Program-made: the position numbers and the translations under genes | Assembly (NCBI GenBank): GCA_964016885.1 | Contig: OZ024740.1 | Location: 307,520,001 to 307,584,000 of the forward strand | DNA: 64,000 nucleotides | From: Eledone cirrhosa | Lineage: Eukaryota | Reading direction: 5' to 3' | The notes under the pieces: generated by a model | Seen by the model: the letters and a program-made list of their open reading frames with translations, nothing else | Told to the model about the DNA's origin: nothing | Databases searched by the model: none | Shown here: piece by piece, positions 22,644 to 37,200 of the stretch | Layout: each line of letters begins with the position of its first letter | Numbering within the stretch: the first letter of the stretch is position 1

Positions 22644-23815
22644 TCAGGTCACCAGTTGGTGCTACTGGTAACATGTATCCCAGTACAACCTGTCTCATGG
22701 TCGGGTCGTTGGCGACTAAACTGGCAACCCCACCAAGGTTTCTTGGTGAGGAGGGTGACTTTGGACATCCTGCAGGACTAAAAACAAAACCTGTCAAAGG
22801 GCAAGGGAGCTCTTAAGACTCAATAGCCATCCAAAATCACCGGGAGAGATGACCCCTTAGCCTTTGTCAAGGCAGAATTCTAGGAGAAGGAAAACTCTGA
22901 TATAACACCTGCAACCCTGATGGTATCCAATGATGTTGACTTGTTCTTCTTTTTGGTAAATATCATCTTGGTTAAGAGAGTGGGACTGGCTTTGTGCAGT
23001 GCCTTTGCTCACTATAAAAGCTTCACAGCACAGGCATTGCTTTATATCTGGAGATCTCTCTGCACTTGTCATCACATGGTCAATATGATGCACTATGTGT
23101 CAATAATGGTCACAAGTGTAGTCTTTGTACCAGAGTTTTCAAGTCGCTGGCTGGACTAAAAAGTCACATTCGTTCAGCGCATCGGTAGGGGTTCTCCTAC
23201 ATGGATATAAAGCAGTGGCCGTACTCGAAAACGAGTTGGCAGCCACCATGTATGTATGTATGTATGTATGTCGGGTCACTCTTGAATGCTACTGGAAACA
23301 TGTAACCCAGTACAACCTGTCGCATGGTCGGGTCGTCGGAGACTAAACCGGCAACCCCACCAAGTTTACTTGGTGAGGAGGGTGATTTTGGACACCCTGC
23401 AGGACAAAAAACAAAACCTGACAAAGGGCGGAAGAACTCATAAGAGTCAACGGCCATCTAAAAGTGTGTAAATATGTATATACACATGTACATATGTATG
23501 TATATGTGTATATACATGGGTGCATGTGTATGTATATGCGCAGGGACATAGAAATAGTCGGACTGGACACCCGATCGCGCGTTTAAACCATTGGGAGTGA
23601 AGGACCCCTAGCCTTTGTCAGGCATTCTTCTAGGAGAAGGCAACTCAGAAAACTAGGATAACTCCGATATAAAACGTGCAGCTCAGTAGTCACCGATGAT
23701 GTTGATCTTTTTCTTCTTTTCGGGTTATAGCTACTGTCGCTCAGAGAGTGGGATTGGCTCAGTGCACAGTCTTTCCTCGCTTTAAAAAATATCTTCACGC
23801 ACAGGCATTGCATGA
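22644..23815 (+). repeat. Two diverged tandem copies of a structured repeat, each preceded by (TATG)n
   Basis: 22644-22830 resembles 23269-23460 and 22855-23040 resembles 23605-23812; hairpins CACCAAG..CTTGGTG and AGGGTG..CACCCT. Confidence 0.75.
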
Positions 23816-23979
23816 TAGAATTAATTAATAATTATTAATAATGGTATATCGTGCAATAGCCATACTCGATAACGAGGAGGTAGCCATCATGTATGTATGT
23901 ATGTATGTTCTTCTGGTTTTATAATTTCACAGTATGTATGTATTTATGTATGTGTAGATGGATGGCTATATGGAAGGAC

Positions 23980-24330
23980 AGACGCAGAATAATTGAATGG
24001 TTAAGAAATTCACTTCGCAATTATTGGGTCCCGGGTTCGATCTCACCGTGTAGCATCTTAGGCGAGTGTCATTATCATAGCCCCAGGGCGACTTAAGCCT
24101 TATAAGGATAACTGGTTAGACAGAAACTGCCTGGAAACCCGTCGGATGGGTTGTGTCTGTAATTCAGAAGGCCAGCCTTGTTACACACTATGTCCCGCTG
24201 AATCTCCCTGAGAACATACGTTAAGGATTTACGTGTCCGTGGAATGCTCGTCCACTTGCATGATAATTTCATGAGTAGGTAGTTTCGCAGTTTGAAAAAT
24301 TGAAACACTCGTCATGGAAACCCATGTAGC
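23980..24330 (+). mobile_element. Second tRNA-derived SINE family
   Basis: TGGTTAAG..GGTTCGATCTC head; homologous to 17915-18200. Confidence 0.6.
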
Positions 24331-24374
24331 CCCCCCCCCCCCCCCCCTTACATGCGCACGCGTGTGTAAAATAA

Positions 24375-24570
24375 TGGTTTTTGATTTAGGAACAAGACCA
24401 ACAATTTTTGGGGGGAAGAGGAAAGTCGATTAATTCTACCCCAGTACGTTACTGGTGCTTTATTCTATTGACTCCATAAGGATGACAGGCAAAGCTAACC
24501 TACGCGGATTTGAACTCAGAATGTAAAGGGCCACAACTCTATGTCACACATGATTTTGTCTGACGCTCTA
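24375..24570 (-). mobile_element. Older major-SINE copy
   Basis: Diverged match to SINE consensus. Confidence 0.75.
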
Positions 24571-26739
24571 CAATGAAAACTGTTATAGAATATATATTAT
24601 TACTCTGAGTTTTTGACACAATTAATTAACTAATTGACAATTTGTCAGGTAATTTACTGGACGAACTTAATTTTGAAGTTTGATTTGTTGATTTATTTTT
24701 TTACTTTACCTACCTGGCTTTTTGCTGGATTTATGATTCAGCATTTAAGGTCCACTCGAAAACTGTATTTGTAGCCTTTCATAGTTACATAAGATTTATT
24801 TATGGATAGGGATTGTACTCTGTCATAAATCATGTGTTATGGTATTTGTCGCACAGATATCTCAATCAGAAATACTGTCTGAGATTATATTGTCTCATGT
24901 GTTTTTGTTAGGACGTGATTTGAAGGAGATTTTTGCCCATATTTCTAGAAGTTTGAGCAATCACTTTCGTACATAAGTTGTAGACATGTTGTTGTTTAAC
25001 CCGAGACCACTTAATAAAGTGCACCTAAAAGGTGTTCCAGCCATGATAAAATAATATTCATTTCAGGCAATGTAATCAGAACAATGTTTGAAATATACGC
25101 TTGCAAAAATACGAAATGGTTACAGCGGAAATATTTTATTAATCATAGATCAACTTCATTACAGCAACATTATTTCAACATAGGTATTACCCAAATGATT
25201 ATAGTTAATATAAATAGACAAGTAATCCCTTCTTATAATAACAAATAAACCAAGGACTGATGAAATTAGTGACAGCCTGTGTCGGCAATAATTGATTATA
25301 AAATACGTAAAATTAAATATCCTGCTCTGGTGTACAACATCTCCGTTAAGAGCATTTGTGGTCGACTTTACTATGATAAAAATATTGGTTGTAGGGACAT
25401 GATTCGTCCAACAAGAACTTAAGAAGCTTATCCTCTGGGCATGGATGACTTTCAAGCCTGCTCGGCCAATGTCTATTGTGCTCGGGAGGGAAGAAGAAGA
25501 AGAAGAAGAAGAAAAGTCGAACGATTACTGCATGTAGACGTCACTTATAAGTTTTATATATACATGTAGTATATATCTAGTATATGCTATAAAGTATATC
25601 TAACCTTTATGGAGCCCTGATTCCGCTGCACTATTTGTACCATGGTAAATCTGATACTAAAATCTCTGTGGTATCTTGAATATTACAGTTTTGCACTGCC
25701 AACATTGCATTATATAGCAATACTTCATAATATTGTAGTGTTTTACTGTCAATATTGTATTATATCGTCATTTTACACTTTTAACATTACATTACATTGC
25801 AGAGTTTTATGTTATCAATATTTATTATTTTGCAGTTTAACAATTTGAATACCTGGTTGTTTATTTTGTAAACACATCGATATTTCTAGCATGACAACCA
25901 GCTATTGTTATTCCGCAAATAAAAGTCCTAAACATTTTCACAATACTCACTAACCTTTCAGTCCCTTAGTTTCCCATCCTGTACCATGAACCCCAGGTTC
26001 AATTTATTCTGTAATGGGGTTTGCACAAAAGAAAAAATAAAACAAGAAAAAAAAACAGAACATGTCTCCGATTGTTTGATTATTATTTTGTTATTTCACC
26101 TACTCTTTCACAATAACTTACACCAGAATTACAGAACACCTGACAACTATTCATTATAATTAATGAGTGGACATTTTGGTGAGAATATTTACCCGTTTAT
26201 ATATTTATAGACATACATTGGTGCCACAGGAAGTGCTTTGTATACAATGTGATTTCTCATCATTGAAAAGTTCATTCGATAAACTGTTCTGATTTAAAAG
26301 GCTGCTCAATAGAGTACTTTTATTCAGAGGTATTCGTCAAGTATTTCTCTCATGACACAAATGCTGCTTTTCGTAGTTTGTTTTATTTTTATTTTCACTT
26401 CCTTCGGTAGTATTGAATTGTGCGTTAGCGAATACTGAAATGAATTATACTCACACTGTAGTTCTGTTCATATTTTCTGTTGTATTTGTTTATATCTAAT
26501 AAAAATGATCATGAAATAATAATTTTCTCGTTTCATTAAATACTTAATTAAATACTGTATATTTTATTAAAGAAAAACTATGAAAATCAAGTATATTATG
26601 ATATTACAGTGAGAGCTCAATTAAGCTTTCTTCGTGTATTAAGCATTTGAAACGGCCCCTAAATTATCAGCAGCGTTGTAGAAACTTCAATAGATTCATT
26701 TATTTTTTCAATTATCTTGTTATTGGGTAATCATAAGAA

Positions 26740-27100
26740 GGGAAGAAGGGCAAAAGTCAAACTTGCTATCTTCAGTTGGGTATTCGTGCCAACCTTCACC
26801 TATGGTCATGAATCTTGGGTAATGACCGAAAGAATACAATCGCCAATACAAGCGGCCGAAATGGGGTTCGTCCAAAGAGTCTTTGGAGTAACGTTACTCG
26901 ATAGAGTGCGTCGCTCGGAGATCAGAGAGTCACTCCAGGTAGAGCCACTACTACTCCAAATTGAAAGATCACAGCTCCGATACTACAGACCTGGGGTTAG
27001 AATGTCTCAGGAAAGAATCGCTGGACAGATTTTATAGGTAAAACCAACCGACAGGAGACCCAGAAGTAGACTATGAGCAAGATGGTTGGATAACATCTAT
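26740..27100 (+). mobile_element. RTE (Rex3/Expander-like) LINE 3' coding fragment
   Basis: FVPTFTYGHESWVMTERIQSPIQAAEMGF..LLDRVRRSEIRESLQVEPLLLQIERSQLR. Confidence 0.85.
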
Positions 27101-27839
27101 GAGCATCAGTAACAAAATCAGAACGCACCATCACCACCACCACCACCAACAACAACGACAACACAACACACCACCACCACAACCAACAACAACAGCAATA
27201 ACACCACCACCACCACCACCACCGCCAGCACTAACAACAACAACACCATCACAACCACCAGCACTAACACCACCAAATCCCGTCTTTCTATAATTCGGAT
27301 CACTGAAACATCTGGCGGGGGAGACGAAAATGGATAGGGGAAAACAGTTTCCATAAAATGAGAAAGAAGAAAGAACAAACCTTGCTCATAAAAAAGTGGG
27401 TTGAAGAAAAATAAAAGCCACAAAGATCCCAACACCAGTACCAACTTCAACACTATCACCATCACCATCATCACCCTTCCACAGACACCATACACACTAC
27501 CAACACTATAAACACAATCCAGTTCACAGCCGCAGCAACAACATCAATAGCAACACACCCATAAAAACAACAAAGGAAAAATATCACAAATTATTTGATC
27601 ATAGACACAAACAATAAACAAATTAATAAATCACGTTCACCAACACACAAACTTTACACAGAATGACTTCATCACACCTACAATTACCAAACCAGTACAT
27701 GAAAACTATTCAAACAACATAAAATACAAACGTTCGAAAACAAAATTCTCCGATTAAATCGGTGACTTTCGAGAAAAGATCATCGAAAGAATAGAATCAC
27801 CCACGATTAGTGGAAATGACGGATCATCCTTCCCACAGG

Positions 27840-29420
27840 ATTACGCTTACTGGTCTTCCTCACTTCTCTGCTTTTTATCCGACATGGCCTTATTCAGAAC
27901 AGGCCGTGTGAATTCACATGGCTTGGGGTCGCTTTGGAAGCAAGGCCACCGACTGGATGACCTCAGGTGACTAAATATAGATGTGGTGGCCATCAATGTG
28001 GCCAGAATTTCTGAATCACAAGCCTTCATGCTAATCTTCAGTGACCACGAGGCGCAAGTATCTCCAAGTCGCACAAAGTAGGGAGGCGAAGTACTGTTCT
28101 GTTTCTGAAAGGACAAAATCACACTGCAGGATGTGACTGGCATTGAAGATCATGTTTTCAGACAAGTGGACCGTTCTAAGAACGTCCTGCTCTTTCGTGC
28201 TAGCGTGAGATTTGAACGGTATATTAAATACATGTTGGGACTGTGTGGGACTTCTAAATGGGAGAGGAGGGTGTAAAAGCCTCGTAAACCGGCTCAGAAG
28301 TTTCCAACCGTCTGAAAGGTGCCTACTGGATTTCCCGAATATAGCAATGTAGACATGGTAAAACCACATCACTTCATACAGATCGTATATAGATAGGATA
28401 TTCTAAAGATCAGTACATAAAAACATCGCAGGTTGCCCAGAATTTAAAATCGATGGCTACAGGGAATACATATTTGTGATCTGCATAGTCGACTTTGATA
28501 GGCTTCGGAGGTAGTGACGCGGCTACTAAAAGCTGAACCCGTCGTTTCAGGATTCAGATTAGCTAATTAAGTTATGCGGGCGGAGGCAATTGTCCACAAC
28601 AAATGGCGATTGGGATATAATCGGTAAGTTTTAGTAAGAGAGTAGCAATAGAGACAATTGGATTAGAGAAAAAGAGGTAGTTAGAATCGAAGAAGTGGCA
28701 TTTAGGAAAGGCATCGCGTGTTTGCGAAGAGATTGGCTATTGATTAATTCTTCATGGCCTAACATGACGTCTGTGTTGCCAGGGCCCAGGTGTGTACTCT
28801 AAAACATGAAGAAACAAAAACCGTCGATGGGCAGCATGGCAATAAACTACATGAAAAGTTGGTGGGCTTGGAAAGGTAGATTCATATCGTCCAATAGCGT
28901 CTTGGGGCACTGGACGGACAGACAAGTTAAATTGCTCGAAGTCAGGTTTGGTCCAGATCTCCAGGTGGACAATACCTCCTGGGATGAGTGATGAGCAGGG
29001 TGGTCACTCTCACACAGAAATAAGCCGAAAGGAAGCTATTCATGAACGATGAGGTAGAGGTGGTGAATGCCTACATTGCTCCAGTTCACTTCTGACCAGA
29101 CTGCAGCGCCTACCCTTTCGCTTTTTGTGGAAGGGACGAGTTTCATTGGTCAAGTGATCCACTTGCTCTCAAAATCTGCTGAGCGGAGGTTTAGGCAGAT
29201 CATAGCTGGTGATGCGCAGGCATGTATTGAGGCTGCGACATCTGCAGTGTTTCCTTGGCAGTGAGCAGGACGAGCAATGCTGTCAGTGGAAATTCCACTT
29301 TGGTGTTCTATAGAGGTGGGTTATAGGGACGGCATTCTCGGAGTGATTCTGGGCGTTGGTGAAAATCAATTGGCTAGTTTGTTCCGGAGAACTATTGTGG
29401 AAACCGGGAGGTGACTTGAA
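27840..29420 (+). mobile_element. Highly degenerate Tx1/L1-like LINE
   Basis: 28908-29400 aligns with 11281-11950 (WTD..VKLL..FGPDLQV). Confidence 0.65.
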
Positions 29421-30403
29421 GATCATAGGTTTTTAAATTGGAATGCAAAAGGACTACACGAATTTTTGCTGCTTCTTGTGCCCGAGGGACAGTCGAGCTC
29501 GAAATGAGCACTACAGTCGGCAGGATTGACCAAAACATCATGAAAAGAAACCGGAGAATAAAAACATTCAATACGTACCACTAATCTCACCTGAGCTAAC
29601 TCTGTTACCACCAATACACCAATACTTAGAATACACCAATACACCAATACTTAGAAGCTTCAAAACTTTTGTGAAGTCACTGAAACCTGAGAGGTAACTA
29701 ATGAAGTTACCTAAATATGTCTTTCCTGGATTAAGTGGACCAGACACTCGCAAATAATGAAGAATCAGATGTTCTGAGATTCATTGAATGGGGTTGAACG
29801 ACGAACTTATGATATTGAGTTAAAAACAGTTGAAATCGTTCTAGGAAAGAATCGAAGCCCAAATTACAAGGCATTCATAGCTGACCTTCTGGATTCATTC
29901 GATGCACAGGGTGTTAAAATGTCCTTGAAGATTCACTTTTTAAAGAGGCATTTGGATTTCTTTTTTGGGGAGGTGGGGGACTTTGGCAAGATGATGACCA
30001 TGGTAAAAGATTTCATTAAATGATCACTACTGTTGAAACAAGGTACAAAGGGTGAGCCGACCCCTGCACGATGGCAGACCTTTGCCGGCTTCAAACTTCT
30101 TGAACTCCATGCTACTGATCTTGACAGTGAAATCAATGCTGTAACTTTTTTGTGGTAAATGTTTTCTAAGAGTATACTGTTATTTTTACAGAGATTAATT
30201 GTCGTTTAATACATTAATATATTATATGCAATGTTAATATAGTATATGCAATCTTTCTGTAAATGTAGTATATATGGATATCTTGTAGATCAAAATGTAG
30301 ACACGATGGAGCAAAACGGATTATATATTCATAAAGAGTAACCTAAAACTAACTAATATCACCGAAACTAATGTTTGCTAAAAAGCATTTGCGTCATTCA
30401 GTG
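29420..30403 (+). mobile_element. Chapaev3-like (CMC) DNA transposon remnant
   Basis: LGKNRSPNYKAFIADLLDSFDAQGVKMSLKIHFLKRHLDFF transposase motif; possible CAGTG terminus at about 30403; family assignment from memory. Confidence 0.55.
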
Positions 30404-30689
30404 TTATGAATAAAGGAATTATGAATATATGCATTTGACCTTCACAAACATTGTTATTGTATACACACACACATGCGCACACACACAACACACGCATACA
30501 CACCAACACACACACACACATATATATAGGATGAGTTACGATGTATATATATATGTGTGTGTGTGTGTTCGTGTGTATGTGTATGTATGATTATATGTAT
30601 GCATGTAAGCATGCATGTATATACGTATGCACATCGACAGATATCAGTATTTGTGTGGTACATTTAGAAAATATTGGTGGAATCATTTA

Positions 30690-31410
30690 CACGTTGGACA
30701 AAATATTTTGTGGCATTTGTTCTGGTACTTTATGTTCTGAGTTCGAATACTATCGAGGTCAACTTTGCCGTTCGTCTTTACAGGTTAGATTAAATAGAAT
30801 GTTGTTAAAGTACTTGAATCAATATAATTGCACGCAATATAATCCCGAAATGTCTAGCTCTGTGACTGTATTAGGAACTATTATTATTGTGGCAGTATCG
30901 ATAAATCATCGGACAACATGCTTTGCAGCATAAAGTTACGGCCCTTTACATTCTGAGTTCAAATCTCGCTGAGGTTAGCTTTGCCATTCATCCTTACGGG
31001 GTCGATAAACAAAGCACCAGTAATTCACTGGGGTGAAGTTAATTGATTTTCCCTTCCCCAAAAATGGCTGGCCTTGTACGTAAAGTAGAAACAATTATTA
31101 TTGTGCTCAACATTTCCTTTCGTCCTTCCGGGGTCGGTCGATAAAATAAAATACCAGTAAAATCTTGCGGTCAATATAATCGATTGCTCCACAAATTGAG
31201 CTGCATTTTTTTTTTTTTTTGCCTATATTAGAAATTATTATTATTGTTGTTGCTGAGTTCAAATCCCGCCGAAGTTAACTTTGCCTTTCATCCTTATGGG
31301 GGTCGATGAAATAAAGTACCAGTCACGCACAGGGGTCGATTTAATCGATTTTCTCCTCCCCCCCCCCCAAAAAAAAAATTACTGGCCTTGTGCCTATATA
31401 AGAAATCATT
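30690..31410 (+). mobile_element. Cluster of about four major-SINE copies of different ages
   Basis: Repeated CTGAGTTC(G/A)AAT..GCCTTTCATCCTT..GTCGAT..TACCAG blocks. Confidence 0.8.
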
Positions 31411-32187
31411 ATTATTGTTGTTGCTGTTTCCTTTTGATGTCGTCATCATCGTCATCATCATCAGTACCACCATCATCATTATCATAATCCCCATCATCAT
31501 CATCGTTACCAGCACCAACACCAGCACCACTACTACCATCATCATCATCATCATTTAATACTGAGTGCAAGATTTTGGTTTGCTTGTTACGATAACTCAT
31601 GTCCACATTAGCTTCCTCCAACGTTAGCACCGGTGAACACAATTCATTTGTTTTTTAAGAGAAGAAAGTATAAATTAGCTTAGTGTTCGTGCGAAACTAC
31701 TTTCCATCAATATATCTAATTAGTAATTAATATATGTCATTTAAGATTTTTGGCAGCATTCCGACCAGATGTCTTTCTCTTTAACTCTACAGCATTCTTG
31801 CCACTCTATTACAAAATCCATTGATGAACACCCCCCACCCCCCACCCCCCCAACAAAAACAATAACAACAACAGTTAAAAATAAAACTAGATAGTAATTT
31901 TGACACCAAAGAAAGTGCGTTTGGCACTAAGATCACCTTCATGACTCTGGTCACTGAAAGGTCAAAATTAGACTTCCAATTTGGAGGTTTTCCACATTCA
32001 GAAATACAATAAAGGGTGGATACACGACAAATAATATAAAGTCTTTTGACGAGGCATCAATAGTCCGTATTTCTATACATACATACATACATACATACGT
32101 ACATACGTACATACATAGGTACGTACGTACGTACATCCATCCATCCATCCATCCATCCATACATACATACATACATACATACATACA

Positions 32188-32219
<32 letters not shown>

Positions 32220-32759
32220 CAGAAACAGAAACAGACGCACACAGACACAGACACACACATGCAAACACACACACATATATATACATATATGTATATATTG
32301 TATGTATGTATGTAGAGAGGGTTTTGTAATCGTTGCAGTTGCGTGCGGTTCAGGGCAGTGTTACATAAGTGAGTAAAGAGGGAAGGACAAACAAGAGTGA
32401 TCTAAAGGGAGCTGAAAGAAAGAAATTAGAACAAAATAATCGAGATAAAACGGTATACATTTTGTATTTTGTAAAGGTGAAGAAAAATTTGTAGATAGAG
32501 GTGTGTTAATGGAGTGGAAAATGGGAGTTTAAAATAGAATTAAAATTAGAATTAATAGAATTACCGTGTACGGGCGCATGGCTACAGACTACGAGCCTTA
32601 TTGCTGGGTTAGTATGGGTTAGTTGTTTGTTTGTGAGCTCCTTCAGATCTAAAATCCTTCTTCATATTTGATCATTCTTGGCTGGGCAATGAAAAGTTAA
32701 TTGATTGTTTTGATCGCTACTGTATCTATCGGGTCGAGCAAACTCAGCCATTCTCAATA

Positions 32760-34010
32760 AGTGATCTTCAGTCGACACAACTGTCCATAGCGCCCGGAAT
32801 ATTATCCACTTCTATACCAGTGTCATGTACCTGTTGGTCGATATATGTAAAGTGGGGTCTTGCTTTGGATCTTTGACCATAGCGATAACTGGCGTTTGTT
32901 AATCGTCTTTGCAACTCTAACAGTGACCTATGAATCTTAGTCTTCGTTGACACAACGTAGGTAGTTGTTATTGGGGGTAGATTAACATAAAGTTCAGCAT
33001 TGGTTTTATGTTCCCTTCATGACGTGTTGAATGTTGCTCGCAACAATATTGTGTCAGCACTGTCAAACCTGTTTCGGAGAATCTTTGTTAATGTCCATGT
33101 TTCGGCACCATACATCATCACAGTCTTTGTTGTTGGTCTAAAATATTTAAGCTTCAGGTGTTAGCTTTCATTTCATTCTCTTACTGTTGCTATTTGATAT
33201 ATATGAGCATTAATTTCCCTCACTGAGCTTGTTATCCTGACTCCAAGACACTCGAAATCTTTCATCTCTTTTAGCTTGTGCCATTTTAAGGTATTAGTGT
33301 CTGCAGAACACTATTTAAGTGAGGTGAACTCAGTTTTTGTCTGGTTGAGGTGTAGGCCAGCTTGCGCAGCTCCAATTCCCACTCCTTTGAACAGAAGTTG
33401 GCTTTTTTTAGCTCAATTAATTAACATTGCAATACCATCTATAAAAGTCTGTATCTGTTATTGTTTGAGTTGGATGTCATGACCCATTCCTTTTAGTGAG
33501 TATGAATCTGGTAGATTGCAGTTGTGGCAATTCTCATAGCATAATATAATGCTATAACGAACAGGTAAAGAGCCAGTGTATAATTTGAGCTACGAGAGTT
33601 GCTTTTCCATGGGATATTCAGCTTTGTTATGGCAGAAGAAGCAAGGCCTAATCATGTCATTATCTCCTTTTGAGATATGCCGCCCTTGGTCAGCCACAAG
33701 TACTTAGAGGTGTCCATTTTTTCAAGTCTCCCTCTGTTCAACATGATGTTGGTTCCTGAATTCTAGTTATGACTATTAACCAGAATCTTGCTCCTTTCTA
33801 AGCTGATCTCCATTCCGATATTCCTGATACTGGAGTTCTATTACAATGCTTCCAAACAAATCAATATCACCAGCAAAGCGCAGGTTGTAAATGAGTCGTC
33901 CTCTGATGAAAATAGAGGTGTAGAAATCTTGGAGTGTCTCTTGAATGAGGAATTGGAAAGAGGAAACATCCTTGTCGAACTACCACAGTCAGTGGCGGAC
34001 TGAGTCTAAA
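32760..34010 (-). mobile_element. Degenerate RTE-like LINE
   Basis: Minus MMYGAETWTLTKI.. and DFECLG remnants. Confidence 0.55.
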
Positions 34011-34261
34011 AATATTGGTTGCCAGGAGATGAAGGGGACCCACCTACATATAGAATGCTATCATTTAATTTTTATAATGAATAAATAACATTTTCAAAAA
34101 ATAATGAAGTGGAAACAAAACAGTGCAATCAAACTTTTGCGGAAAAATATCTTACCTTCTCCAATAAAAAATATAATGTTTTTTGAAAGAGACTTTCAAT
34201 AATGATCATTGGTCTTTCACACTCACGCAATATACATCTATTTATATATATATATATATTT

Positions 34262-37200
34262 ATATAGACATAGAATATTCGAAAATATTCTGTATGTTTA
34301 TAATAAACATTTTGAAGACCTAATCGCTATAGAATAGAATACGTCACGTATTACAATTAGATTCTCGATAAAAGCAAGGGAAGTAAGTCTACGCGTTTCA
34401 TTCTTGTTAGAATTCATCAGGACTACATATCCAGTGCTTTTATCGAGAATGACACAGCTAGAGACTTATAGAATACTTAGCTGTGTACAGGAACTGGTTT
34501 GAAAGAGCGGTTGCCGGTCCGGCAGAAATTAGAAATTGGAATAAATGCTCTGAAATAGCGATATATATGTGAATATAGACATAGAATATTCGAAAATATT
34601 CTGTATGTTTATAATAAACATTTTGAAGACCTAATCGCTATAGAATAGAATACGTCACGTATTACAATTAGATTCTCGATAAAAGCAAGGGAAGTAAGTC
34701 TACGCGTTTCATTCTTGTTAGAATTCATCAGGACTACATATCCAGTGCTTTTATCGAGAATGACACAGCTAGAGACTTATAGAATACTTAGCTGTGTACA
34801 GGAACTGGTTTGAAAGAGCGGTTGCCGGTCCGGCAGAAATTAGAAATTGGAATAAATGCTCTGAAATAGCGATATATATGTGAATATAGACATAGAATAT
34901 TCGAAAATATTCTGTATGTTTATAATAAACATTTTGAAGACCTAATCGCTATAGAATAGAATACGTCACGTATTACAATTAGATTCTCGATAAAAGCAAG
35001 GGAAGTAAGTCTACGCGTTTCATTCTTGTTAGAATTCATCAGGACTACATATCCAGTGCTTTTATCGAGAATGACACAGCTAGAGACTTATAGAATACTT
35101 AGCTGTGTACAGGAACTGGTTTGAAAGAGCGGTTGCCGGTCCGGCAGAAATTAGAAATTGGAATAAATGCTCTGAAATAGCGATATATATGTGAATATAG
35201 ACATAGAATATTCGAAAATATTCTGTATGTTTATAATAAACATTTTGAAGACCTAATCGCTATAGAATAGAATACGTCACGTATTACAATTAGATTCTCG
35301 ATAAAAGCAAGGGAAGTAAGTCTACGCGTTTCATTCTTGTTAGAATTCATCAGGACTACATATCCAGTGCTTTTATCGAGAATGACACAGCTAGAGACTT
35401 ATAGAATACTTAGCTGTGTACAGGAACTGGTTTGAAAGAGCGGTTGCCGGTCCGGCAGAAATTAGAAATTGGAATAAATGCTCTGAAATAGCGATATATA
35501 TGTGAATATAGACATAGAATATTCGAAAATATTCTGTATGTTTATAATAAACATTTTGAAGACCTAATCGCTATAGAATAGAATACGTCACGTATTACAA
35601 TTAGATTCTCGATAAAAGCAAGGGAAGTAAGTCTACGCGTTTCATTCTTGTTAGAATTCATCAGGACTACATATCCAGTGCTTTTATCGAGAATGACACA
35701 GCTAGAGACTTATAGAATACTTAGCTGTGTACAGGAACTGGTTTGAAAGAGCGGTTGCCGGTCCGGCAGAAATTAGAAATTGGAATAAATGCTCTGAAAT
35801 AGCGATATATATGTGAATATAGACATAGAATATTCGAAAATATTCTGTATGTTTATAATAAACATTTTGAAGACCTAATCGCTATAGAATAGAATACGTC
35901 ACGTATTACAATTAGATTCTCGATAAAAGCAAGGGAAGTAAGTCTACGCGTTTCATTCTTGTTAGAATTCATCAGGACTACATATCCAGTGCTTTTATCG
36001 AGAATGACACAGCTAGAGACTTATAGAATACTTAGCTGTGTACAGGAACTGGTTTGAAAGAGCGGTTGCCGGTCCGGCAGAAATTAGAAATTGGAATAAA
36101 TGCTCTGAAATAGCGATATATATGTGAATATAGACATAGAATATTCGAAAATATTCTGTATGTTTATAATAAACATTTTGAAGACCTAATCGCTATAGAA
36201 TAGAATACGTCACGTATTACAATTAGATTCTCGATAAAAGCAAGGGAAGTAAGTCTACGCGTTTCATTCTTGTTAGAATTCATCAGGACTACATATCCAG
36301 TGCTTTTATCGAGAATGACACAGCTAGAGACTTATAGAATACTTAGCTGTGTACAGGAACTGGTTTGAAAGAGCGGTTGCCGGTCCGGCAGAAATTAGAA
36401 ATTGGAATAAATGCTCTGAAATAGCGATATATATGTGAATATAGACATAGAATATTCGAAAATATTCTGTATGTTTATAATAAACATTTTGAAGACCTAA
36501 TCGCTATAGAATAGAATACGTCACGTATTACAATTAGATTCTCGATAAAAGCAAGGGAAGTAAGTCTACGCGTTTCATTCTTGTTAGAATTCATCAGGAC
36601 TACATATCCAGTGCTTTTATCGAGAATGACACAGCTAGAGACTTATAGAATACTTAGCTGTGTACAGGAACTGGTTTGAAAGAGCGGTTGCCGGTCCGGC
36701 AGAAATTAGAAATTGGAATAAATGCTCTGAAATAGCGATATATATGTGAATATAGACATAGAATATTCGAAAATATTCTGTATGTTTATAATAAACATTT
36801 TGAAGACCTAATCGCTATAGAATAGAATACGTCACGTATTACAATTAGATTCTCGATAAAAGCAAGGGAAGTAAGTCTACGCGTTTCATTCTTGTTAGAA
36901 TTCATCAGGACTACATATCCAGTGCTTTTATCGAGAATGACACAGCTAGAGACTTATAGAATACTTAGCTGTGTACAGGAACTGGTTTGAAAGAGCGGTT
37001 GCCGGTCCGGCAGAAATTAGAAATTGGAATAAATGCTCTGAAATAGCGATATATATGTGAATATAGACATAGAATATTCGAAAATATTCTGTATGTTTAT
37101 AATAAACATTTTGAAGACCTAATCGCTATAGAATAGAATACGTCACGTATTACAATTAGATTCTCGATAAAAGCAAGGGAAGTAAGTCTACGCGTTTCAT

